64,000 nucleotides of DNA from Candidatus Microgenomates bacterium (GTDB lineage Bacteria; Patescibacteriota; Microgenomatia; UBA8517). The notes under the pieces are model-generated. The model searched no databases, had not been told where the DNA came from, and saw nothing but the letters and a program-made list of their open reading frames with translations. Both the position numbers and the translations under genes were made by a program. The stretch is taken from contig JBEKNE010000001.1 of the NCBI GenBank assembly GCA_049523135.1, positions 651,234 to 715,233 on the forward strand, read 5' to 3'. Shown piece after piece: positions 9,966-19,667 of the stretch (its first letter is position 1; each line of letters begins with the position of its first letter).

Positions 9966-10383
9966 GATTTATTATATCAGAAGGCTCCACGCGTTTAATA
10001 CTTAATTTGTCAAAATCTTTATCATACGAAACAACCGTCATCTTTTTTGACTGAATTTTAGGATTACTCGCAATCAAGGCGTCAATAAATTTAATGTTCT
10101 TTCCTTCATATTTTCTTAGCGCATACTCCAAATCAAATTCATCAACAATTTTCAGACCATTAAGTCCAACAATTCCTTTCAAGGATTTAATAATTTTAGA
10201 TTTCGGTTCCTTATACGAAGAACTTAGCACCCAAACAATTTCAGATAAAACCTCGCCCGAAGTAAACGCCTTTATTTTTGAATCCTTTACCAATTTCAAA
10301 AGACTGGAGCATTCATTAAATATCTTTTGATTTTCCAACTCAAGAATTCTAATAAAAATGTTTGTATCAATAAAATAGTCCAT
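9958..10383 (-). CDS. vapC: PIN-domain ribonuclease toxin VapC
   Basis: FIDTNIF N-terminus with conserved acidic residues (D6, E, D, D). 1-nt junction with upstream antitoxin gene. Confidence 0.75.
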   Translation of the reverse strand: MDYFIDTNIFIRILELENQKIFNECSSLLKLVKDSKIKAFTSGEVLSEIVWVLSSSYKEPKSKIIKSLKGIVGLNGLKIVDEFDLEYALRKYEGKNIKFIDALIASNPKIQSKKMTVVSYDKDFDKLSIKRVEPSDIINRG

Positions 10384-10619
10384 TAGATTCTCTTGTAATG
10401 AGATTGCATATCCTCGCGGGCCTTAAGAGCGGTCATTCCCTTGGGAGCTTTCCCAATTGGTGCAAAATCCAATATGTCAAAAGTTGGTTCTAACTTGACA
10501 GCTTTTTCAGAAACAGAAATCATTACCTTAGAGTAAGGTTTTATACCCAAAAGTTTCCTGAAACTAAACGGTATTGTTACTTGTCCTTTTTGTGTAACTG
10601 TGGCTAATTGTACATTCAT
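10383..10619 (-). CDS. vapB: AbrB/MazE/SpoVT-family antitoxin (VapB-like)
   Basis: 78 aa. TQKGQVTIP swapped-hairpin motif. Coupled to PIN gene. Confidence 0.65.
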   Translation of the reverse strand: MNVQLATVTQKGQVTIPFSFRKLLGIKPYSKVMISVSEKAVKLEPTFDILDFAPIGKAPKGMTALKAREDMQSHYKRI

Positions 10620-10688
10620 ATAAGTAATATTAACCTAAAAGTAATACTTTGTCAAGAGTAATACATCACAACTAGATTGCGGGCTTGT

Positions 10689-11240
10689 TTATCCACTTGG
10701 AGGTACCGGTTTTTCAACACGCGTCTGTTGTCGTTCGGCTTCCGCTTTTTGACTTCTTCCCGCACCAAATCTACGGTTGGGTTTCGACGAAACAAAAGGT
10801 AATGCCCCTTTAGACTCGTTATAAGCCGCTTGATCCTTTTGATACTTTACCGCCTCCGTTTGGGCTTTCAGAACCTGCTTCTGTTCAATAGAAAGTGTTG
10901 GATAATCTTCCAACGGAATTTCTTCCCCTTGAGTAATCTTTTCCTGTAGGTTTTTGAAAAGGTCCTGCTTTTCGATATCGGACAACTCACTTTTTAAAGC
11001 TTCCATTCCACGAGAGGTCCGTATCTTGTCTTGAGTTATCTGCTGCTCCTCTATTTTCTTTTGCTCCAGATCACCACTTTGAGAAACTTGAGGATTTTCA
11101 TTTAAAGGAATATTTTCCGGATTAAAAACCTGTTCATTTGCAGTTTTTAAAACCTCCAGAGGTCCCTTAGCAATTTGTTTGGCTATTTTTTGGGCAAGAT
11201 CGCGGGCGTATTGTCCGGACGTTTTGGCAGTATTGTTCAT
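10689..11240 (-). CDS. hypothetical protein (Gln/Glu/Lys-rich, probably coiled-coil)
   Basis: ORF only. No recognisable domain. Confidence 0.4.
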   Translation of the reverse strand: MNNTAKTSGQYARDLAQKIAKQIAKGPLEVLKTANEQVFNPENIPLNENPQVSQSGDLEQKKIEEQQITQDKIRTSRGMEALKSELSDIEKQDLFKNLQEKITQGEEIPLEDYPTLSIEQKQVLKAQTEAVKYQKDQAAYNESKGALPFVSSKPNRRFGAGRSQKAEAERQQTRVEKPVPPSG

Positions 11241-11244
11241 ATTT

Positions 11245-11850
11245 TTATAATTCCCTTCTTCCCTCCAGGGCTTGAGTTAATGTTACCTCATCAGCATATT
11301 CCAAGTCTGCTCCCGTTGGAATTCCCATTCCCAGTCTTGTTACTTTTACCATTAACTCTTCACCTTTTATCTGTTTAGTTAGATACATTGCCGTAGCCTC
11401 GCCTTCCATTGTGGGGTTTGTGGCAATTATTATCTCTTTTATATTCTTTTCTTCTTTCAATCTTTTCATTAAATCGTCTATATAAATTTCATCGGGTCCG
11501 ATATTTTCCAGAGGGTTAATGGCTCCGTGCAAAACATGGTAAATACCTTTAAATTTACCTGTTTTCTCAAATGCCAAAATATCTAAGGGTTCTTCGACAA
11601 CTAAAATCACCGATTTATCACGCGATAAGTCTGAACAAATCGGACAAGGGTCCGTTTCGCTTATATTTTTGCAGATAGAACAAAGTTTTGTATCTTTTTT
11701 AAGTCTCCCTATACTTTCCGCAAAATCATCGAGTTGTGACTGAGGAACATGGAGTAAATAATAAGTGAGACGCTGGGCACTTTTGGGGCCAATTCCGGGA
11801 AGTTTTTGAAAAGACTCAATTAATGCCGCAATAGGACCTGCAATCTTCAT
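11245..11850 (-). CDS. recR: recombination protein RecR
   Basis: HhH (LPGIGPKSAQRL), C4 zinc finger (CSICKN...CPIC), Toprim region. Confidence 0.9.
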   Translation of the reverse strand: MKIAGPIAALIESFQKLPGIGPKSAQRLTYYLLHVPQSQLDDFAESIGRLKKDTKLCSICKNISETDPCPICSDLSRDKSVILVVEEPLDILAFEKTGKFKGIYHVLHGAINPLENIGPDEIYIDDLMKRLKEEKNIKEIIIATNPTMEGEATAMYLTKQIKGEELMVKVTRLGMGIPTGADLEYADEVTLTQALEGRREL

Positions 11851-12069
11851 ATCTCATTTTATGTAAATTTCAAGAAATTTAAAGAAGATGTTTTAATAAA
11901 CCTCAGGGTTTATTGACTTTCCTTTTGTAACTGTTATGCTTGCGTTCTGCTGCCTCTACCCCTCTGCTAATCATAGGTCTCTATCGTTTTACCGTTCTTT
12001 AAAAGAATATAAATCTAACCAATAATCTGTTTTACTATATTCATTATTCATTTCCCTAAAGGAGGAAAA

Positions 12070-13101
12070 ATGAAAAACAAAATTTTTGTTATAGTGTTAA
12101 CACTTGTGTTGTTATGTTCCTGTTCGCTCTCGCCAAATATTGCCAGCACAACAACTGCACAGCCTTTAGTAGCCTTACCGACATCAACTGCCACTGTTAA
12201 AAGTACTGCTACCGAGGTGAATACGCCAGTTCCTACCATAACACCCACGTTAAGTCCTACCCTATCTCCGCGTGACTCAGCTCTAGCAGAACATGAACAA
12301 GAGCGAATAACATATCTCGCCGAGCAGGGTCCTGCAGAGGAAATTCCCGTTCTCGAGTACCATGGCGACAATTATGGTATGACTTTCGGAACTGCAGTAG
12401 TCGAACTTGAACCGGAGGCGTTCGAAGCACAAATGAAATGGTTTTATGACAACCATGTTTATGCCGTTACCGGTCAAAATTTGATTGATTGGATCAACGG
12501 AAAAATCGAATTGCCGGCAAGATCGGTGGTTTTGACTTTCGACATGGGTTACAACAGCGCCAAGGCAATCCATAGAATAATCCCCGAGTTTGAGAAATAC
12601 GGAATGTTTGGCATCTTTACAATTTTCACAAAGTTTATGAATGAAGGAGAATCCGTTAACTGCGTAAATGATGCCTGCTGGGAAGCTTTCCGGTATGCAT
12701 ACCTTTCGGGATATGTCGACATCGGAAGTCACACCATGACTCATCGGGATTTTGCGACACTATCCGAAAAAGAAGGTATGAATGAATTGGCAAATTCGAA
12801 GGAAACTATCGAGGAACATGTCGGTAATGGTTGCATCGTCTCTATTTTGACTTGGCCATACGAAAGTGTTCCAAAGTGGGGAAAGGATATTAGTCAGATA
12901 GGCTTTACCATTGCCTTTGCCGGCTATCAATATCCTATCCTGCAAAATGCCATGTGGAAAGATAAACCGGAAGATTTTTATCAGGAACCCCGGGTATTAC
13001 CCCCGAACTCCAATGGTATATCGGGAAGGCCCAACGGTAAGGATCTGGAAGGGATCATGCAGATGTATACTACCGCCAACTCTAACCAAGGTGGTTGGTA
13101 A
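12070..13101 (+). CDS. polysaccharide deacetylase (NodB homology) family protein, secreted with Thr/Pro-rich linker
   Basis: N-terminal signal peptide with Cys cluster. FDMGYN and HTMTH metal-binding motifs of NodB domain. Confidence 0.7.
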   Translation: MKNKIFVIVLTLVLLCSCSLSPNIASTTTAQPLVALPTSTATVKSTATEVNTPVPTITPTLSPTLSPRDSALAEHEQERITYLAEQGPAEEIPVLEYHGDNYGMTFGTAVVELEPEAFEAQMKWFYDNHVYAVTGQNLIDWINGKIELPARSVVLTFDMGYNSAKAIHRIIPEFEKYGMFGIFTIFTKFMNEGESVNCVNDACWEAFRYAYLSGYVDIGSHTMTHRDFATLSEKEGMNELANSKETIEEHVGNGCIVSILTWPYESVPKWGKDISQIGFTIAFAGYQYPILQNAMWKDKPEDFYQEPRVLPPNSNGISGRPNGKDLEGIMQMYTTANSNQGGW

Positions 13102-13126
13102 TATAAATAGTCAGAGGTACCCATAA

Positions 13127-13169
13127 GGACCATCTTTTTGTTTGTATGAAGAGATGGTCCTTTTTATTT
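13127..13169 (+). terminator. putative intrinsic terminator (bidirectional position between converging genes)
   Basis: 9-bp stem GGACCATCT/AGATGGTCC followed by TTTTTATTTT. Confidence 0.45.
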
Positions 13170-13442
13170 TCCAAGGCCACCCAGAAGTCCCGCTAAGCCC
13201 CCGCCCATATCCATCATCTTCTTTGCAGATTCTTTCTGTACGTCTTTCATTGCACTGTTTATCAAATCAGTTAATTCTTTTAAGTCTTCCTCGCCGCGTT
13301 TTATATAGCGGATTTTTTGGTCTCCTGTGACAGAAACTGTATAGCCGTGCTTCTCTGCAGTTTTAATAATCTTTTCAAGTTCTTTTTGAAGTTCACTCGC
13401 CTTACGGCGCATATTTGCAAGATCTTTTATTTGGTCAAACAT
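13164..13442 (-). CDS. ybaB: nucleoid-associated protein YbaB/EbfC
   Basis: 92 aa. Typical N-terminal MxxMxKQAQ-like and C-terminal GLPGLF-like tail (GLAGLLGGLGK). dnaX-ybaB synteny. Confidence 0.85.
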   Translation of the reverse strand: MFDQIKDLANMRRKASELQKELEKIIKTAEKHGYTVSVTGDQKIRYIKRGEEDLKELTDLINSAMKDVQKESAKKMMDMGGGLAGLLGGLGK

Positions 13443-13443
13443 T

Positions 13444-14976
13444 TTAGTTACTGAATATTTCTTCAGCGGCTTTAATTATATCGCCGTCCTTTCCTTCAGT
13501 CAAAACCGTATCGGTTTTTGATTCCTCAACTATTTTTTTGGGCGGCGGATCAACAAGTGTACAAACTACTTTTGTCGGTGACTTAAGAACCTTGGCAACA
13601 ATATCCTCCACCAGTCTTCTGTAGCGCGCGTCCTCCAGTCTTTCCTTATGAAACTTGTAATAAACACCTAAAGTAAGAATCTTTCCGTCATAAGTCATGG
13701 GTCTTGCCGCTCTTAGCAGTGCTTCGACTGAGGCATTTAAAGGTTTAATAAGAGCCAAGATATTCCTCCACATGTCATCATTTACATTTTCTCTTATTTC
13801 CAAAGATGGTGGCATTTCGCGAGCGCCGGAAATTTCTGTTTGAGCCAGATCGTGACTAGCGAAAGCCGCCGAGCGGGAGTTACCACTACCGGTTCCGGTT
13901 TTTCCAGAAGGCGAGTTAATTTCCGATCGAGCAGATTGTAAATGTCTTTCCTCTTCCCCACACCATTTTATAATCGCTATTTCAAGCGGCAGTTCTTCAA
14001 TCGGAAAATTCCCGATATTCTTTAAAGCTTCATCCATCAGCTCAATCAGTTTAATAAGTTCATCTTTCGATAGTTTACCAATTTCATCTTCTCCGACTCC
14101 GACTTTTGCCAAAAGAGATACACGCAATTTTTTAATAAGCGCCTCCAAAAAATTCTCCACGGTAACACCTTTGGAATCCAACATCCCGATTTCTTTAATC
14201 AACTTCTCGGTATTCCTTTCAACTAAAAGCTTAACAAATTTATCCAGATCAAAAGACTTGCTTCTGAAAAGAAATTCCTCCAAAAATTCTTTAGAAAGTT
14301 CTTTTTCTTCAGCGACAAGCTGTTCCAAAATTTTTATGGCATCGCGGAAAGATCCGTCGGAAGCTTTGGCAATAATTCCAAGAGTTTCATCATCAGCTTT
14401 AATTTTTTCTCCAGCTACAACCCTTTTAAGAGACCTGACAATTTCATCAGGATTCGCCTTTCTGAAAGGAATAAATGTAGTTCTGGATTGAATCGTGCCA
14501 ATTAATTTTTCCGGATTGGTGGTAGCCAAAATAAAAACAACATGCTCGGGAGGCTCTTCCAAAGTTTTAAGAAGAGCATTGGAAGCTTCCGTCGTTAACA
14601 TATGAGCTTCGTCAATTATGTAAATCTTTTTCTTAGCGGAGGTCGGTGCAAGCTTTACGGCATCGCGCAGAATTCTGACATCATCAATTCCGCGGTGGCT
14701 GGCGGCATCCATTTCGATAACGTCCAAATTATTTCCTTTATCAATCGACACACACTGTTTACATTTATTGCAAGGTTCCGACCCCTTTAAATTTTCGCAG
14801 TTTAAAATTTTTGCCAGAATTCTTGCCGCTGAAGTTTTTCCTGTTCCTTTGGGACCGGCAAAAAGAAATGCATGAGGAATGTTTTTACCGGAAACTATTT
14901 TTTTAAGCGATTCGGCAACATCACGTAAGTCCAACTCATCTAAATTTTTTGATCGGTATTTCAGGTATAGTGTCAT
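13444..14976 (-). CDS. dnaX: DNA polymerase III subunit gamma/tau
   Basis: AAA+ Walker A GPKGTGKTS, zinc module CxxC..C, SRC box. Confidence 0.9.
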   Translation of the reverse strand: MTLYLKYRSKNLDELDLRDVAESLKKIVSGKNIPHAFLFAGPKGTGKTSAARILAKILNCENLKGSEPCNKCKQCVSIDKGNNLDVIEMDAASHRGIDDVRILRDAVKLAPTSAKKKIYIIDEAHMLTTEASNALLKTLEEPPEHVVFILATTNPEKLIGTIQSRTTFIPFRKANPDEIVRSLKRVVAGEKIKADDETLGIIAKASDGSFRDAIKILEQLVAEEKELSKEFLEEFLFRSKSFDLDKFVKLLVERNTEKLIKEIGMLDSKGVTVENFLEALIKKLRVSLLAKVGVGEDEIGKLSKDELIKLIELMDEALKNIGNFPIEELPLEIAIIKWCGEEERHLQSARSEINSPSGKTGTGSGNSRSAAFASHDLAQTEISGAREMPPSLEIRENVNDDMWRNILALIKPLNASVEALLRAARPMTYDGKILTLGVYYKFHKERLEDARYRRLVEDIVAKVLKSPTKVVCTLVDPPPKKIVEESKTDTVLTEGKDGDIIKAAEEIFSN

Positions 14977-15362
14977 TCTTTGTGATGTATTCCCATTAGA
15001 TGTAAAGCCCCATGTTCAGCCAACTCATAAATCCTGTCGTCAGTTAAAACATTTTCTTCTCCTGCTTCTTTTACCGCCAAAGGATAGCAAATGACAATCT
15101 CGCCCAAATGGATTTTTCCGTCCGGCGGATAAACAAATTTTCCCTTAACTTCTCCCGGCACAAACGACAACACATTGTGTAACTTTTTGTCCTTCACAAA
15201 TTTATTCCCGATTTCCATCATTTTTCCTTCTCCCACAATTGCAACGGAAACATCAGCATCGGAAACAATTCCTTTTCCCGCCAAAAAGTCGGCAAGTTTC
15301 CTCTTAATGGCAGGAACACCGACAGGATAATTCGACTGTTTACTGACGAAGACTTTAATCAT
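14973..15362 (-). CDS. ybeY: rRNA maturation endoribonuclease YbeY
   Basis: HGALHLMGIHH metal-binding H-x3-H-x5-H motif. Confidence 0.8.
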   Translation of the reverse strand: MIKVFVSKQSNYPVGVPAIKRKLADFLAGKGIVSDADVSVAIVGEGKMMEIGNKFVKDKKLHNVLSFVPGEVKGKFVYPPDGKIHLGEIVICYPLAVKEAGEENVLTDDRIYELAEHGALHLMGIHHKE

Positions 15363-15378
15363 CGGATGTGAACATTCA

Positions 15379-15816
15379 TTACGAAAGTTTTCCCCTTACA
15401 ATTCCTGCAACCTTGGCTCCATCTGCTCCGGGGGCAAAACTTTTTACTTTGCCTATTACCATACCCATCTCGGATGCCGTCTTGGCCCCTGTTGCCACAA
15501 TTGCCTGATCCACAAGCTTTTCAAGTTCCTCATCGGTCAGTTCCGGAGGGAGATATTCTTGAAGTATTTTAAGTTCCGCTTCTTCTTTAACAGCACGGTC
15601 CTCGGCTCCCGCTTTTCTATACATTTCAATTGCTTCTTTTCTTTTTTTTGCTTCACGTCTTATTACAACCATTTCTTCCTCATCATTTAAATCGTGCTGC
15701 TTATCTATTTTTTCATAATTAAGAGCCGAAAGAAGAAGCCTCAAGGTCGAAGTTCTAACTTCGTCATGAGCCTTCATCGACTCGCCTATTTTTGCCTGTA
15801 AAGTTTGAGCTATCAT
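15379..15816 (-). CDS. GatB/YqeY domain protein
   Basis: 145 aa with YqeY-like helical repeat signature. Confidence 0.7.
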   Translation of the reverse strand: MIAQTLQAKIGESMKAHDEVRTSTLRLLLSALNYEKIDKQHDLNDEEEMVVIRREAKKRKEAIEMYRKAGAEDRAVKEEAELKILQEYLPPELTDEELEKLVDQAIVATGAKTASEMGMVIGKVKSFAPGADGAKVAGIVRGKLS

Positions 15817-16133
15817 ATTTTTCGATCGCTTGAGATTTTTCCCAACAGATGCATGTGCATATGGTGAACAACGGCTGCATCACCTGCATTCGTTGTCATT
15901 CTAAAGTTATTTATACCCTTTTCTTTCATAAGTTCCAACCCCAATTGTTTTATTTCAGTCCAAAGAGCATCACTGGCTTCATTTATATCCTTAATATGTT
16001 TCTTAGGAATTATCAGAATATGAACATCAGCTTGTGGATTAATATCATTAATTGCAATCAAGTTTTCTGTTTCTTTTACTTTATCCGAGGGAATTTCGCC
16101 CTTTATAATTTTGCAGAAAACACAATCTTCCAT
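15813..16133 (-). CDS. HIT-family (histidine triad) hydrolase. Start moved to internal Met (MEDCVFCKI)
   Basis: HHMHMHLL histidine triad. GGAGGGG Shine-Dalgarno upstream of ATG at 16133. Track ORF N-terminal extension to 16226 judged unlikely. Confidence 0.7.
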   Translation of the reverse strand: MEDCVFCKIIKGEIPSDKVKETENLIAINDINPQADVHILIIPKKHIKDINEASDALWTEIKQLGLELMKEKGINNFRMTTNAGDAAVVHHMHMHLLGKISSDRKI

Positions 16134-16267
16134 TTGTGAAAATAGTATAGACCCCTCCACAAGCCCAAACAAGAGGCCAAGAAATTTGACTATGAGTCTA
16201 GCGGGTGCTAAACTCCAGCCTCGCACCTAAAAATTGTCTATTAAAAAAGGAGGATATTGTGAAAACT

Positions 16268-16654
16268 ATGTATTGGATAAGCCAAGCTGTTCTTTTGGTT
16301 GGTGAGTTCATAGGGTTATTGGTATTTGCTAACGACACAACAACAATTCCGCCAACTATGGTATATTTCAATCCGATTATTGTTCTCTATCTGTTTATCG
16401 GTGAAGTGGTTGTCTCGTTGCTTTATCTACTGTTCACCGATGAAGAAGACAAAATACGATTTATAACCTTTATCGTAGTCACGGCTGTTTTTCTTGGTAT
16501 CGCCGTAGCATTAATAGCATCTTTTACAATCCCGATAAATCAAGGTACTACTGCTATTTTTGAATGGTTCTACACCACGGCCGCATTATGTTTGCCTATA
16601 AGTGCGCTTGTTTGGGGAGTAATCATAGACGTCCATCATGGCTTACCTGATTAG
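16268..16654 (+). CDS. hypothetical membrane protein (4 TM)
   Basis: AAGGAGGA RBS at 16248-16255. Hydrophobic segments. Alternative GTG start at 16260. Confidence 0.45.
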   Translation: MYWISQAVLLVGEFIGLLVFANDTTTIPPTMVYFNPIIVLYLFIGEVVVSLLYLLFTDEEDKIRFITFIVVTAVFLGIAVALIASFTIPINQGTTAIFEWFYTTAALCLPISALVWGVIIDVHHGLPD

Positions 16655-16713
16655 ACAATCTGGTGCGACCTGACGGTAAAAATTAGCATAAGTTAAACGC
16701 TAAGAAGCAACTG

Positions 16714-17943
16714 TCAGGAAAGTTTTTTTATTGTTTCCTCAAAATCCAAAAGTTCCGATTTTTCAGAAGCTCTTTCTTTCCATTCAATTTTATTTCCACT
16801 CCGCTCAGATACAACAAGGCGAACCGGAATCCCGATTAAGTCCGCATCGGCAAATTTTTCGCCGGGGGCAACATCTCTATCGTCCCAAAGAACTTCAATT
16901 CCTTTCTCGGTCAGTTCGTCATAAATCTTATTTGCATTTTTTGTTCCGGGAAGTTCAACCAAATGAACATCAAATGGCGCCACAGCTTTCGGCCATATGA
17001 TACCTTTCTCGTCATGTCCAACCTCAACCAATGTTCCCATAACTCTTGTCGGACCGATTCCGTAGCTTGCAAACCAAACCGGTTTTTTAAGACCTTTTTC
17101 ATCAGTGTAATAAACATGCATACGTTCGGAATACCATGTTCCAAGAGGAAAAATATTACCAACTTCGACAGTTCCGTCAATTTTCTCTATTTTCCCCTTC
17201 TTACATTTTGGACATAAATCATGTTCTTTTCCTTCATATATTTCCTTATTTACGGCATAATCACACAAGTCACAAGCAAAGACCGTATCCTCCCCATTCG
17301 CATTTAGAACCTGAAATTCATGAGTATGCTTATCCGTAAAAACTCCGCCTGAAGCTTCAACTATTTTGAAATTAAATCCTAAGCGCTTAAATATTTTTAC
17401 ATAAGCCGCCTTAACCTTTTCGTAGTAATTCATCATATCCTTCTCATTAGTGTGAGCCGAATATAGATCCTTCATCATAAATTCCCTACCCCGCAAAATT
17501 CCACTTCTGGCACGCGGTTCATTTCTAAACTTTGTAGAAAATTGATAAACGGCAACCGGCAAATCTTGGTAGCTTTTGATATTTTTTCTGAGAAGATCCA
17601 TAACGATTTCTTCGTGAGTAAAACTCAGCACATATTCTTTTTCTCGAGTGTCCTTGAGTTTATACATTATCTCGTCTGCTTTATCCCATCTACCCGTTTC
17701 ACTCCAAATTTCTTTCGGGTGCAGTAAGGGCATTAGCATTTCCTGTCCCCCTACGGCGTTCATTTCCTCGCGGATTATCTGATTTATCTTGGTTACAACA
17801 CAAAACCCAAGAGGAAGAAGTGTCCAGCTTCCCGACATAAGTTGATCGATAAATCCGCCGCGGACCAGAAGTTTATGATTAATACTTTCCGCATCTTTGG
17901 GAGCTTCTTTTCTGGTTTTAGGAAAAAGTTGTGATTGCCGCAT
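16714..17943 (-). CDS. proS: prolyl-tRNA synthetase, minimal form lacking the bacterial INS editing domain
   Basis: N-terminus alignable to bacterial ProRS (LFPKT..., class II motifs 1-3). Only 409 aa. Small Cys4 cluster CDLCDY...CPKC. Confidence 0.85.
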   Translation of the reverse strand: MRQSQLFPKTRKEAPKDAESINHKLLVRGGFIDQLMSGSWTLLPLGFCVVTKINQIIREEMNAVGGQEMLMPLLHPKEIWSETGRWDKADEIMYKLKDTREKEYVLSFTHEEIVMDLLRKNIKSYQDLPVAVYQFSTKFRNEPRARSGILRGREFMMKDLYSAHTNEKDMMNYYEKVKAAYVKIFKRLGFNFKIVEASGGVFTDKHTHEFQVLNANGEDTVFACDLCDYAVNKEIYEGKEHDLCPKCKKGKIEKIDGTVEVGNIFPLGTWYSERMHVYYTDEKGLKKPVWFASYGIGPTRVMGTLVEVGHDEKGIIWPKAVAPFDVHLVELPGTKNANKIYDELTEKGIEVLWDDRDVAPGEKFADADLIGIPVRLVVSERSGNKIEWKERASEKSELLDFEETIKKLS

Positions 17944-17957
17944 ATCAGGCTATTGTA

Positions 17958-19070
17958 TCATTTACTCAGGGAATTTAAGAAACCGTTAATTCCGCCAAAT
18001 GTAATCAGTCTTCGAACGTCCCCAAATGTAATAACCAGAAGAAGGGCGAGAAGAATCAACATACCGATGTTGTTTATAGTTGCTTCAACTTTTGTTGAAA
18101 TTCTTTTTTTGGTTACTGCCTCAATTCCGATAAAAAGAAGTCGCCCCCCGTCGAGTGCCGGAAAAGGAACAATATTAAGTACCGCAAGGTTAACGGAAAG
18201 AATTCCGATAAAATTAATTAAGGTCAGAATTCCGGCTCTCTGGGCTTCGGTTGTTACCGCAAAAATTCCGACAGGTCCGGAAACTCCTTGTGGAGTTTGT
18301 CCGTTAAATATTTGAACCGCCAAACCCCAAAGACCCAAAACTATCGTTTCTCCCCAATAAATCGCATCTTTAAATCCGTAATATACTCCATAAAAAGGTC
18401 TTTCCCAAATCGGCGGATAATAAATCTCCATCGTGGTTATGGTTACCCCGATCGGACCCTCGCCGGTAGGAGGATTTTCCCTCGGGGTTAAATTGATTTT
18501 TAAAGTCGATTCCTTCCCATCAACTGTTCTTTGAATTTCAAAAGTTGTAACCTTTCCTTTTAACGCTGCAGTTTTACTTATAAAATCATCGGATGACGTA
18601 ATAGCATTATTTCCTACTTTGGTTATAATATCTCCATCAATTATCCCTGCAGTTTCAGCCGGGGAACCTGCCGAAACATCGACTACCTGAAGCTTACCCG
18701 TATCGCGCGGAATTCCCGAAAAAGAATAAACAATAGCAAAAGCTACTATTGCCAGCAAAAAATTCATTATTACTCCGGCAATTACAACGAGAGCTCGCGT
18801 TCTTTTATTTTTATGTAAAAAGGATCGTGCCGGATCAGTAACACCCTCCTCGCTTTGTTCACCATAAAGCTTATTAAATCCGCCGAAAGGAAGCCAATTA
18901 ATGGAATAAATTGTTTCCCCTATTTTTTTGCCCCAAATGCGGGGAGGAAGCCCCAAACCGAATTCTTCGACCATAATCCCCGACTTTTTGGCAACTATAA
19001 AATGTCCTAATTCATGAACCAAAATCAAAAGAGAAAGAACTAGAAGAAAGACAATTATTGAAAGTATCAT
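17958..19070 (-). CDS. rseP: RIP zinc metalloprotease RseP (site-2 protease, PDZ domain)
   Basis: HELGHF HExxH in TM1, PDZ domain, LDGG motif in C-terminal TM. Confidence 0.85.
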   Translation of the reverse strand: MILSIIVFLLVLSLLILVHELGHFIVAKKSGIMVEEFGLGLPPRIWGKKIGETIYSINWLPFGGFNKLYGEQSEEGVTDPARSFLHKNKRTRALVVIAGVIMNFLLAIVAFAIVYSFSGIPRDTGKLQVVDVSAGSPAETAGIIDGDIITKVGNNAITSSDDFISKTAALKGKVTTFEIQRTVDGKESTLKINLTPRENPPTGEGPIGVTITTMEIYYPPIWERPFYGVYYGFKDAIYWGETIVLGLWGLAVQIFNGQTPQGVSGPVGIFAVTTEAQRAGILTLINFIGILSVNLAVLNIVPFPALDGGRLLFIGIEAVTKKRISTKVEATINNIGMLILLALLLVITFGDVRRLITFGGINGFLNSLSK

Positions 19071-19112
19071 TATTCCTAATAGTATGAAGCAAGAAGTATA
19101 TCGAAAGCAAGA

Positions 19113-19667
19113 TTAAATTTGAAGAAGTTCCACTTTTTTCTTCTCACCCATCGCATCAATTTTTCCGACAAACTCATCGGTTATTTCCTGAAGTTTTTTC
19201 TCTTCGGCATACTTCTCATCCTCCGTAATAGATTTTTCTTCAAATTTTTTCTTAATCTCATGCATTTCATCGGCCCGAACTTGCCTAATGGCTATCTTGC
19301 CGTTTTCCAGTTTCTGATTTAAAAGTTTTACATACTTTTCCCTATCTTCTGTTGTCAAAGGCGGCATTGTGATCCGAATAAACTCTCCATCAATTGACGG
19401 ATTCATACCGATATTTGCCTCAACTATTCCTTTTCTGATATCCCCGATTATGCTTTTATCCCAAGGGTTAATAATAATTTGTGAAGGGTCCGGAGCGGAA
19501 ATTGTTGCGAGTTCCATTACTTTCAATCTTTGGGTTCCGCCATAAGCAGGACAGATAATATTTTCGACCAAAGACGGAGTTGCCCGACCGGTTCTGATTC
19601 CAGCAATATCTGAAGTAAAAACGCCCGCACTGGACTGCATTTTGGATCTCACTGAAGCTTCATCCAT
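19113..19667 (-). CDS. frr: ribosome recycling factor
   Basis: 184 aa with RRF signature throughout. Confidence 0.9.
   Translation of the reverse strand: MDEASVRSKMQSSAGVFTSDIAGIRTGRATPSLVENIICPAYGGTQRLKVMELATISAPDPSQIIINPWDKSIIGDIRKGIVEANIGMNPSIDGEFIRITMPPLTTEDREKYVKLLNQKLENGKIAIRQVRADEMHEIKKKFEEKSITEDEKYAEEKKLQEITDEFVGKIDAMGEKKKVELLQI

Noticed and set aside
16134-16226. N-terminal 31-aa extension of the HIT gene overlapping the next gene's RBS region
   Set aside because: Internal Met preceded by a GGAGGGG Shine-Dalgarno gives a canonical HIT-length protein. The extension is hydrophobic and unsupported.
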